Below, in pieces: positions 51,375 to 59,828 of a stretch of 64,000 nucleotides of DNA. The position numbers and the translations under genes are program-made. Location of the stretch: NCBI GenBank assembly GCA_963674745.2, contig CAXXDV010000001.1:2048001-2112000 (forward strand), written 5' to 3'. Positions within the stretch are counted from its first letter, which is position 1. Each line of letters starts with the position of its first letter. The DNA is from Desulfosudaceae bacterium. Its GTDB lineage: Bacteria; Desulfobacterota; Desulfobacteria; Desulfobacterales; Desulfosudaceae. The notes under the pieces are model-generated. The model saw only the letters and a list, made by a program, of their open reading frames with translations. It had not been told where the DNA came from and did not search any database.

Positions 51375-51704
51375 TTAAAAGGCGAATAATCTTTGAAGGA
51401 TTGAAATAACATCCGACTGGCTTTTTGAATCTATTGTGCCAAGCTTTTTTATCAGTCGTGTTTTATCAATTGTTCGAAGCTGATCTAACACAATTTGCCC
51501 CTTTTTCTTTTGAAAAGTACAGGAAACACGAGTTGGATATTCTTTTTGGGCAGAAGTCAGTGAGGCAATGATCACTGTTCGGATGTTGCGATTCATTTCA
51601 TCGGGAGAAATAACCAAGCCAGGCCTTGTCTTTTGGATCTCTGAACCAATGGTTGGGGCAAGGTTAACCAAATAAACATCAAAACGTTTCACTACCATTG
51701 CCAT
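51375..51704 (-). CDS. mazF: PemK/MazF family toxin (cassette)
   Basis: VNL.PTIGSEIQKTRP.LVISPDEMN, DQLRTIDK.RL. Confidence 0.93.
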   Translation of the reverse strand: MAMVVKRFDVYLVNLAPTIGSEIQKTRPGLVISPDEMNRNIRTVIIASLTSAQKEYPTRVSCTFQKKKGQIVLDQLRTIDKTRLIKKLGTIDSKSQSDVISILQRLFAF

Positions 51705-51943
51705 TCTTCCTCATCCCATGTATGAGAAATGTTATCATCAATGATTGGCTCGTCATCATTCTTTTCTCCCATGGCTTTGAAAGCGGCATCCCATCCATCA
51801 CGAACATCTTTAACCGGTCGAATGATAATTTGATTTTTTTCAACCTCAATTTCAACATCATCCATAATGCCTGTTTGATCAAGGATGGGTTTTGGGATTC
51901 GCAAGCCTTGGGAGTTGCCAATTTTAATTATATGCGCTCTCAT
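51692..51943 (-). CDS. mazE: AbrB/MazE family antitoxin (cassette)
   Basis: IKIGNSQGLRIPK; overlaps the toxin start. Confidence 0.93.
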   Translation of the reverse strand: MRAHIIKIGNSQGLRIPKPILDQTGIMDDVEIEVEKNQIIIRPVKDVRDGWDAAFKAMGEKNDDEPIIDDNISHTWDEEEWQW

Positions 51944-51965
51944 TTGATTTCTCCTTCGTCATTTG

Positions 51966-52004
51966 ATGTAAATACATTGTAATTACATTGGCGGCAAAAG
52001 TCAA
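51966..52004 (-). promoter_or_regulatory. mazEF promoter with overlapping palindromic operator
   Basis: TTGACT-17 nt-TACAAT; TGTAATTACA and ATGTA-TT-TACAT palindromes overlap the -10. Confidence 0.75.
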
Positions 52005-52141
52005 GAGCTGGTTCAAGAGGCATCCAACGTCTGAAGCCAATGGCAGCCAGGGCTTCCACCGACTTCCTTAAAGATGTTTGTTGTTCAATTCTCGTGGTTG
52101 TACAACAAAGCCCGCTCGGGCTGTTTTTTTTGGCTGACTTG

Positions 52142-52498
52142 TTAGCCCCTGTTTTTTCCAGAGGGGGCTACGGATTTTCGTAAAACACTAATACAGAAAT
52201 TATTAAGGCTGTCTCCGGACTGTAATGCCTTTATTGCTAAAGCCTTGTGAAGATCACTTCCCGTACGCAATTGAAACTTGCCAGAATATCGTTTATCGCT
52301 CGTGGAGGGTGGTAAAGGCCGGCCGTCTTTTTTATAAGTGACGATCCATTCATCAACTATACGGCAGAGTTGACGATAAACTTTTTCTTCGTTGTCTCCG
52401 TGGCAACACTTACCGATCCATCCCGGCACAGAACCGACATAGCATTTATCTTCATCTGACCACTCAACAATTTTCAAATAACGATCTCTATCTTTCAT
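52142..52498 (-). CDS. hicB: HicB family antitoxin (cassette)
   Basis: VEWSDED.CYVG..P, YSGKF.LR...LH..L RHH tail. Confidence 0.9.
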   Translation of the reverse strand: MKDRDRYLKIVEWSDEDKCYVGSVPGWIGKCCHGDNEEKVYRQLCRIVDEWIVTYKKDGRPLPPSTSDKRYSGKFQLRTGSDLHKALAIKALQSGDSLNNFCISVLRKSVAPSGKNRG

Positions 52499-52689
52499 TA
52501 TTTGGCCTCCTCAATCTTCTGCTTGACAATTTTTTCCTGATAAGGCTTTGCATCATCACCAAGTTGACCTGAGACTGTGACAGCAACGCCTTTTTCATGT
52601 AAGAAATTTTGATGGCTACCTTTTCCGCCCCGATTAACAAAACCGGCATTCTCAAGGTCTTTGATTAGTTGACGAAGTTTTCTTGGCAT
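52498..52689 (-). CDS. hicA: HicA family toxin (cassette)
   Basis: LE.AGF...GKGSH..F.H. Confidence 0.9.
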   Translation of the reverse strand: MPRKLRQLIKDLENAGFVNRGGKGSHQNFLHEKGVAVTVSGQLGDDAKPYQEKIVKQKIEEAK

Positions 52690-52694
52690 GATTT

Positions 52695-52723
52695 ATGGTA
52701 CTGCTTTGGTACCACACTGTCAA
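52695..52723 (-). promoter_or_regulatory. hicAB promoter (probably leaderless)
   Basis: TTGACA-17 nt-TACCAT, ATG 5 nt later; TGGTACCA palindrome in the spacer. Confidence 0.7.
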
Positions 52724-52737
52724 GCAATTTGACTTGT

Positions 52738-53215
52738 TTATACGGTTTCCCCTATTACCTTATTCATCTTTATACATTCAAGTTGAGTCCCATCAGGCAA
52801 CTCATGAAAATCTGTTCCGTTTTCAACATAACCATGGCGTATGTAAAAGTCCGACGCATTGATTGTAGAACAGAGATGCAGTTGATGAATATTTTTTTCC
52901 TAAAGAGATCGCTTTGAGTTTAAATAAAATTTTTCTGCCTATCCCTATCCCTTTTGAATTTGGGTGTACATAAATCGCACTTATTTCTTTATTCTTTATG
53001 TCAAGAATACCAAACCCTGACAAATTGACTTCTTGTTCCGCAACGATAATGACTTTTTCTTGTATAGCACTCTCGTAAATTTCAGGAAGAAGAATATTTG
53101 TCCATTTATCTATGCTTTCCGGGCTGTAATAGTCCTTGCACAACCATCGAATGGAGGCTTTGTGGCATTTTGATATTTCTTCTAAATCATATGTTGTCGC
53201 CAGTCGTATCTGCAT
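52738..53215 (-). pseudogene. GNAT acetyltransferase cassette gene, frameshifted at A7 run (52892-52898)
   Basis: IYVHP..KGIGIGRKI; removing one A continues ...GKNIHQLHLCSTINASDFYIRHGY...MNKVIGETV*. Confidence 0.8.
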
Positions 53216-53346
53216 TTTTTTTACGTATAACGTCTTCAGCCAAAGGGCGCCAGGGCTTCCACTAACTTGCCTAAAATTAATTTATGTTCAATCCCCATGG
53301 TTGTTCGAAACCCGAGTGCCCTGGCTGTCCACTTGAGCTTCTTGGT

Positions 53347-54056
53347 GTGTGCCGGGCACGGCACATGTTCTTAAAAGTGAGCCAAGGCTATCATATATTT
53401 GATAATTTTGGCAAGTCTTAGACCCAGCCTGATGGAGGCGAAGGGTGTAGCGGTAGTGCAACGGGGTACCGGTGACGGTGCTTCGGGAGGAAGCCGCCCT
53501 GCTGCGGCAGGGTACCGCGAAGGTACGGGATGACGCACAGGAATCGAGTATAAGGCGCGCACGCCGGGACGAGTCTGCACAACAAGGCAAAGTCCTCTAT
53601 CCATCTTAAGGCGTGTCCGTAAACTCGGCATTTACGTACCGAAAGACACGTGCTTACCCCGGGAGATCTCTCCTGTGCCGTACAACGGCTGAGGGTCGGG
53701 TAACCGGCCCTGACCGCAGGGGAGAAGTCAGCAGAAGGCATAGTAGCCGGCGGAAACGAGCCGGGCCTCCCTTAAGCGGGAGAAGTATACCCGGAGGACT
53801 CACCCCGGTGAAGGCCGGAACGGTGCCCGGACCGAATGGCACGGGTAAATGGTGGTGGCAAGTAAGGGAGTATCTCTTACGGGGATAATGCGGCAGCTGC
53901 CGAAATTCACGTAGCGAGCTTTCTCTGAAAACCCGGTGGAACTGGTGGGATAACTCACAGCCGGTCTCATCAGTACCAGCCGAACCGCCTTGGTACGTGA
54001 TCCGTATGCCAGGTGGTGTGGGAGGGGGTAGCCGTGAGGCTACTCCCTATCCCAAT
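53347..54056 (+). mobile_element. ORF-less group IIC-attC intron (710 nt) inserted inverted in an attC
   Basis: 5' GTGTG; CTTACCCCGGGAGATCT and GAGAAGTCAGCAGAAGGCATAGTA landmarks; domain V GAACCGCC..GTACG..CCGTATGCC.GGTGGTGT (CGC triad) at 53982-54020; domain VI ending CCTATCCCAAT. Removing it restores CTTGGT|TATAAG. Confidence 0.9.
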
Positions 54057-54065
54057 TATAAGGAT

Positions 54066-54512
54066 TTAATATGGGTTCTTATATGGTCCCTCCCAGATTC
54101 CCGACAAAACGATCGTTGCTGTAGAAGCACTACGAGTTCTGAAAGTTGCATATCCAGTCTCTCCAGGCTCCAATTTGGGATATATCAGTCGTGTCTTTTC
54201 CCCAACTACTTGTCCATCTTGATCAAGCTCGACGAAGAATACTTCACTTGGGAGTGGTAACTTGCCATTGTATGAAACTCGGCAAGTAAGCCCAGAGATA
54301 GGGTGACAATTATTGATGGTGAATATCTTCTGCAAGTCTCCAGTCAGTTTCATAACGGGAACGCACCAGCCATCCTCGTTGGGGACCATTCCGTACTTAC
54401 TGCAATCTTGGGGATCATAGACTCCTGAGCAGCTTAATACAGCAGAGAAAAGGAGTGCTGAAGCAACCCTGAAAATCAACCTCAAATATTTTATTTCTTG
54501 TCTTTGTTGCAT
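54066..54512 (-). CDS. Hypothetical lipoprotein (cassette)
   Basis: Lipobox VLSC; fills the cassette. Confidence 0.75.
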   Translation of the reverse strand: MQQRQEIKYLRLIFRVASALLFSAVLSCSGVYDPQDCSKYGMVPNEDGWCVPVMKLTGDLQKIFTINNCHPISGLTCRVSYNGKLPLPSEVFFVELDQDGQVVGEKTRLIYPKLEPGETGYATFRTRSASTATIVLSGIWEGPYKNPY

Positions 54513-54729
54513 ACCTTATAACGTCTCAAGCCAATGGAAACCAGGGCTTCCACCAGCTTGGTTAAAGATTATGGTTGTTCAGTTCCCCTAATTTTTCAAA
54601 ACCAGAGTGCCCTGGTTGTCCACTTGAGCTTGATTGTTGAACGAAGCCGCTACGCGGCGGATTAATAAAAAACAAGGTATACTCCAATACGTGCTCAATT
54701 ACGGGCACCCCCAATAAAAGGAGTATACC

Positions 54730-55634
54730 ATGAACGATTCGGAAGTAAAACGTTTCAACCGGCTTTATGAGCGGCACCTGGAGTTGCTCAAGCTTCAGGG
54801 GATGAGTCCGAGGACCATTGATCTCTATGCCCGTTCAGTCCGCCGCATTCGTAACCATTTTGATTGTTGTCCCGACCATTTACGTCCGGAACAATTGGAA
54901 GGTTATTTCTCTCAGCTGGTGGATAGCCATTCCTGGAGCACGGTCAGGGTTGACCGTAACGGCTTGCAGTTCTTCTGGCGGTATGTGCTCGGAAAGGACT
55001 GGGAATGGATCAAGATCGTCAAACCGCCGAAAGTCAAAACCATACCGGACATTCTTACCGTTTCCGAAGTTGAACGGATCATCGGCAAAACCAAGAAATT
55101 GCGTTACCGGGTATTTCTGCTGACAACCTATTCCATGGGATTGCGTCTGGAAGAGACGTTGTCCCTTCAGATCGGGGACATTGATGCTGAACGCAAAAAG
55201 GTCCATATCCGCCGGGGTAAAGGTCATAAGGACCGAATGCTGCCATTGCCGGATCTTACGTTGGAGGGCCTGCGGGAGCTTTGGCGTAAGCATCGTCATC
55301 CTAATTTGTTATTCCCCAATTGCAAGGGTTCTTTAGAAACCATCCGGGCGGCCACCAACTTTATGGATAAAGGCGGCTGTCAGAGGGCCATGAAAGTGGT
55401 CGTCGCCGAATGCGGCATTAAAAAAAAGTATCCATTCACTCCCTGCGTCACAGTTTTGCCACCCACCTGCTTGAACGCGGCTTAAGCCTCCGTCACATCC
55501 AGGCCCTGCTTGGCCATGCCAGTCCCTCCACAACAGCACGTTATACGCATCTAAGCGATATAACGGAGCAGGACAGCCTGACTGTCTTAAATGAGTTGAT
55601 AAATACAATCCATGTTGATTTTAGAAAGGTATGA
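54730..55634 (+). CDS. Tyrosine recombinase (~300 aa) requiring a -1 frameshift at 55422-55428
   Basis: Frame 0 has YSMGLR and GKGHKDR and stops at 55485. The -1 frame continues [17 protein letters not shown]...IQALLGH.S..TT.RYTH and ends at TGA 55634, overlapping the transposase ATG. Confidence 0.88.
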
Positions 55635-56686
55635 TTATGGAACTGGCATCAATTATTGATCAGTACGCTGACAGGTTTATGGAAAAGCACGGCCAAAAAG
55701 CCTTGCCGGGGCATCTTAAAGCCTTGCGTGCCATACGCAGGTGCCGCACTCCTGCCTCCGGAGAATTTCACGTTCAGTGCCCCGGCTGCCAACATGGACA
55801 ATGGAAACCAATGTCCTGCGGGCACCGGAGCTGCCCCAAATGCCAGAATCATGAGGCCAGTCAGTGGATCGACCGGCAGCAGGAGAAACTGCTTCCGGTG
55901 CTTTACTTTATGGCGACGTTTACGCTGCCGTTTGAACTCCGTCCGCTGGCCTGGAACAATCAGCGGGATGTATATTCAATCTTCTTTTCCTGCGTGTCCG
56001 AAACACTCAAGGATTTTGGCTTAAACCCGAAGCAAATGGGCGCAGAAATCGGTTTGACCATGGTTCTGCATACGAACACCCGAAGTCTGGATTATCATCC
56101 TCATATCCATGTGGTGGTGCCCGGCGGCGGGATTGATAAGCGCCGGCGACAATGGAAAAAGAAAAAAGGAAAATATCTGTTTAATGAGTTTAACCTGGCC
56201 ACGGTCTTTCGTGCCCGTTTTCTGGCCGCTTTAAGAAAAGCCGGCCTTTATGTGCCTAAAAATACACCTGCAAAATGGGTCGTGGATTGTGAAAAGGTCG
56301 GTAACGGGCTCCCGGTCATAAAGTACCTGTCCCGGTACTTATACCGGGGTGTAATCAGTGAAAAGAATATTGTGGCCAATGAAAATGGCCGGGTCACCTT
56401 CAGGTACACTGAAAGCGGCACCGGCCATACCCGTTATCGTACGCTTGACGGAGAAGATTTTCTCCAGCTCATTCTGCAGCATGTCCTGCCCAAGGGCTTC
56501 CGCAGGGTGCGCGATTACGGGTTTCTTCATGGCAACGCCAAAAAGACGCTGCAACTGGTGCAATTGATCCTGCATGTCCGGCTTGGAATAAAAACCCAAC
56601 GCCCGAGACCTGCTGTAAAGTGCCCCCGTTGCCACATCCCGATGGTCATCAAAGGGTTCCGTTACGCGGCCTGGAAGCCGGGATAA
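55631..56686 (+). CDS. IS91-family (HUH/Y2) transposase with Zn-binding N-terminus
   Basis: CRT..G...C..C...[39 protein letters not shown]. Confidence 0.95.
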   Translation: MIMELASIIDQYADRFMEKHGQKALPGHLKALRAIRRCRTPASGEFHVQCPGCQHGQWKPMSCGHRSCPKCQNHEASQWIDRQQEKLLPVLYFMATFTLPFELRPLAWNNQRDVYSIFFSCVSETLKDFGLNPKQMGAEIGLTMVLHTNTRSLDYHPHIHVVVPGGGIDKRRRQWKKKKGKYLFNEFNLATVFRARFLAALRKAGLYVPKNTPAKWVVDCEKVGNGLPVIKYLSRYLYRGVISEKNIVANENGRVTFRYTESGTGHTRYRTLDGEDFLQLILQHVLPKGFRRVRDYGFLHGNAKKTLQLVQLILHVRLGIKTQRPRPAVKCPRCHIPMVIKGFRYAAWKPG

Positions 56687-56880
56687 AACGCTGACCCGGT
56701 TATGACCCGGCACAACAAAAAACAGGAGGCAATCACACCCATGAACAAAATTGTCTTTTTAAAACCTGCCTTCAGGTTAAGGGATCCCTGCGTCCTGCAA
56801 AAAAAGCACTTTCCAGGTTCACGCCTTTTGCCCTCTATCCCAAATTAAATATTTTCTTATAGTGAAAGTTCAGCGGGCTT

Positions 56881-56941
56881 GTTCAACCCCGGATAAGATC
56901 GTGGCTCGTTACCTCGCACGATCTATCCTTGTTCGTTATGA
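56881..56941 (+). other. Short (61-bp) attC site in + orientation belonging to the element
   Basis: R'' GTTCAAC; arms GGATA[A]GATCGTG[G]C / GCACGATCTATCC with two unpaired bases on the R'' arm; R' GTTATGA. Confidence 0.8.
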
Positions 56942-57069
56942 TTACCCCTTTCGCTACACAGAAAAAACCATGCGATATCAAAAAATTACACGCTTACAAA
57001 ATTTTGTTTAAAAGAATAAATTAAAAAGATTTTGTTATTGGAACAAAATTGCATTATCAGCGAATTTTA

Positions 57070-57285
57070 CTAAATGTTTTCCCAAATGTCATATCCAATA
57101 AAAATTATTATTAGAACACAAAACAAAAGAATTATAATTTTTCTTCTTCGTAGACATTTCGGGCATCGATAAACATATTTATATCTTTCTGTCAGCGACC
57201 AATGATTAAGCACAAGCTCAACATCTTTTTCAGATACTTCAATTCCGCAGGAGGCACATTTCATGTCATTTTTTGCTTTAATCAT
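57070..57285 (-). CDS. Small CxxC..CxxC protein with C-terminal TM (cassette, copy A)
   Basis: CASC...CPKC plus hydrophobic tail; duplicate at 59561. Confidence 0.7.
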   Translation of the reverse strand: MIKAKNDMKCASCGIEVSEKDVELVLNHWSLTERYKYVYRCPKCLRRRKIIILLFCVLIIIFIGYDIWENI

Positions 57286-57416
57286 AACGTCTTCAGCCAA
57301 AGGGCGCCAGGGCTTCCTCTGACTGACTTAAAGTCGGTTGATGTTCAATTTCCCGAGGATGTTCAAAACCCGAGTGCCCTGGCGATCCTTTTGCGCTGAA
57401 TTGTTGAGTGTAAATT

Positions 57417-57782
57417 TTATTTGTTTGGTTCTATAAAATCATCAACTTCAATATGAATATCCCGGCAACCAAGGAATTCCTCATCTACTTCGTATATATT
57501 TAATATACCACCATATTCAGCAGTGAGTTCACCATCCCAAAAGATAGCTTGAATTTCGATTAACACGTGATCTCCGACATGGATTGTTTCTTTTTCCTGA
57601 TTAACTATTACATCTTCGTTATGATAATCATTATCTTCTACAGCATAGTATATACTTACTTCTCTGTCTGTATCATTGAAAACTCTTACGCAAAAATTTT
57701 GCGGGTCATCAAAATCGAACGGATCAGTGCAGCCAAACATTATCAAAAAAATAACCGGTACTAATTTAATGAAAATATTCAC
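57417..57782 (-). CDS. Hypothetical acidic lipoprotein (cassette)
   Basis: Lipobox MFGC; fills the cassette. Confidence 0.75.
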   Translation of the reverse strand: MNIFIKLVPVIFLIMFGCTDPFDFDDPQNFCVRVFNDTDREVSIYYAVEDNDYHNEDVIVNQEKETIHVGDHVLIEIQAIFWDGELTAEYGGILNIYEVDEEFLGCRDIHIEVDDFIEPNK

Positions 57783-57929
57783 TCTACACTCAACGTCTCC
57801 AGCCAGAGGGCGCCAGGGATTCCACTGACTGTCTTAAAGTTGGTGAATGTTAAATCCCCCCGGTTGTCCAACAAAGCCCGCCCTGGCGGTCCTGCTGGGC
57901 TGGATTGTTATGATTTAGGATATTATTTT

Positions 57930-58274
57930 TCAATCCACCCATTCAACTTTTACTTTAGTTCCTCTAAGACCTTCAAAAAACCCGCCGACTAAGGCCCATG
58001 CGGTTTTTTGGTTCCCTTGTCTTGTTTTAACTTTTATCCAAAAAATTCGTTGTCTCCAAACAAGTTTAAAAAAAAATGGATTCATTTTTAATCTTGGATA
58101 TTTGAAGTCTATTAAAGCATATCCATTATTACTTGCCCAGATTTCGAGTATTTTTTTACCCTTTTTCGAGTTATAATAATGTTCAAATATAAACAATATA
58201 AGGAGAATAGATATCGGAACATTACATAATGATAGTAATATTAAAAGATCATTGTTCATATGCAGAAAAATCAT
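57930..58274 (-). CDS. Hypothetical membrane-anchored protein (cassette)
   Basis: Fills the cassette; the track's upstream extension lies in attC. Confidence 0.7.
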   Translation of the reverse strand: MIFLHMNNDLLILLSLCNVPISILLILFIFEHYYNSKKGKKILEIWASNNGYALIDFKYPRLKMNPFFFKLVWRQRIFWIKVKTRQGNQKTAWALVGGFFEGLRGTKVKVEWVD

Positions 58275-58390
58275 AACGGCGGCAGCCAAAGCAGCCAGGG
58301 CTTCCACTGCCTTTATTAAAGTTGTTTGCTGCTCAATTCCCCCGGCATGTTCAAAAACCGAATGCCCTGGCTGTCATTTGGGCTGCTTGG

Positions 58391-58677
58391 TTAAGTGCCC
58401 GCATTATTCAGAAAGCCTTTAACGACAGCATGGGCAAATCAATTAAAATGATTTTTTTCTTTTTACGCCTTGTCCATCATGAACTTATGAAAACGGGTAG
58501 GTCTCTTTTCATCCGGACAAATAAAGGCGCAAAATCAAACAGTCCCGCCAGATCAAAATACAGCTTATCTTTACTGATTGAAAATATCAATCTGGTGACA
58601 ATTTCCATAGTGGCAACGAAGATCATTTTTCGTCAAAATTCTTTTTTTATTTTTTCCCGTACAGATTAAGTGCACTT
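58391..58677 (-). other. Cassette without a substantial ORF (diverged second copy from 63834)
   Basis: Bounded by GTTAAGTGC/GCACTTAAC; only a ~49-codon minus-strand ORF found. Confidence 0.75.
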
Positions 58678-58798
58678 AACGTCCGCCACCACCGGCGAGC
58701 AGGGTTTGCGGACTTCCTTAAAGTGAGTTTAACACCAAACTATGCCAGGACAAAAGCAGCCCGCCCCTGCGAGTCCGGGTGAGTGGCATTGTTATCTT

Positions 58799-59287
58799 TC
58801 AGTTTTTTAATATTTTTGATTCTATTAATTCATTTTTTAAAATCATAAAAATTCCTGCTACTACCGTAAAACCATGTGCAAATGAATTACTCCAATAGAA
58901 ACCTCCTCCCGAGCGAATTGGTAAAAGGAATAAATCTCTGATTAAGGAGGACGTTCCACTTGTGAAAAAGTATATGCCTAAAAGAATAAGCCAAAAGGAT
59001 AGATTAGAGTAATTGGGGTCGCTTTCATCTGTCTTGGGTGTTACTTTAGAATCTCCGGAAATAAAATTTGATATTTTTTCGGCCTTCGAAATTAAGAGGA
59101 TTGCAACAATAATATAAAATATCGGGAGAAAAGAAGCCCAAATATTATATAGCACAGGATTCTTGATAAACTTTTCCTGATTGATAGCAAATGAAGAGAT
59201 TAATCCAGAAAATGCATATGGTATTTGAACTAAAAGATAAAGGCCGTAAATACGTGTTGCAATTTCAATGGCTTTTTTTGTGCTCAT
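58799..59287 (-). CDS. Hypothetical 4-TM protein (cassette)
   Basis: AAGGA RBS, starts MSTKKA. Confidence 0.75.
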   Translation of the reverse strand: MSTKKAIEIATRIYGLYLLVQIPYAFSGLISSFAINQEKFIKNPVLYNIWASFLPIFYIIVAILLISKAEKISNFISGDSKVTPKTDESDPNYSNLSFWLILLGIYFFTSGTSSLIRDLFLLPIRSGGGFYWSNSFAHGFTVVAGIFMILKNELIESKILKN

Positions 59288-59560
59288 AGAGTTCCTTGAA
59301 GAAAGATAACGGCGGCCGCCAATGGGAGCCAGGGCTTCCACTGACTTGCCTTAAAATTGGTTGCTATTCAACTTCCCCCGAATGTTCAAACCCCGGGGTG
59401 CCCTGGCTATCCTTTGCGCGGCCTTGTTATGATTACCCCTTTCGCTACACAGAAAAAACCATGCGATATCAAAAAATTACACGCTTACAAAATTTTGTTT
59501 AAAAGAATAAATTAAAAAGATTTTGTTATTGGAACAAAATTGCATTATCAGTGAATTTTA

Positions 59561-59776
59561 CTAAATGTTTTCCCAAATGTCATATCCAATAAAAATTATT
59601 ATTAGAACACAAAACAAAAGAATTATAATTTTTCTTCTTCGTAGACATTTCGGGCATCGATAAACATATTTATATCTTTCTGTCAGCGACCAATGATTAA
59701 GCACAAGCTCAACATCTTTTTCAGATACTTCAATTCCGCAGGAGGCACATTTCATGTCATTTTTTGCTTTAATCAT
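59561..59776 (-). CDS. Small CxxC..CxxC protein with C-terminal TM (cassette, copy B)
   Basis: Protein identical to 57070-57285. Confidence 0.7.
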   Translation of the reverse strand: MIKAKNDMKCASCGIEVSEKDVELVLNHWSLTERYKYVYRCPKCLRRRKIIILLFCVLIIIFIGYDIWENI

Positions 59777-59828
59777 AACGGCGGCAGCCAAAGGGCGCCA
59801 GGGCCTTCTCTGACAGCCTTTAAGAAGG

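Larger units (their letters stand above)
54637..56935 (+). mobile_element. Inverted cassette-like element encoding a tyrosine recombinase and an IS91-family transposase
   Basis: Starts G|TTGAAC (54636) and ends with its own attC GTTCAAC...G|TTATGA (56881-56941); GC-richer than and opposite in orientation to the array. Confidence 0.88.

Noticed and set aside
53288..54260. Short ORFs overlapping the intron as a possible intron-encoded protein
   Set aside because: No RT motifs (e.g. YADD); they are chance frames across structured RNA.
54730..55634. Calling the tyrosine recombinase the integron integrase IntI
   Set aside because: It lies mid-array inside an inserted element, is coupled to a Y2 transposase, has no adjacent attI, and appears to lack the long IntI-specific insertion before HxLRH.
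58322..58669. 115-aa plus-strand ORF across the non-coding cassette
   Set aside because: Starts inside an attC, and the second copy has stops or indels in the equivalent frame.
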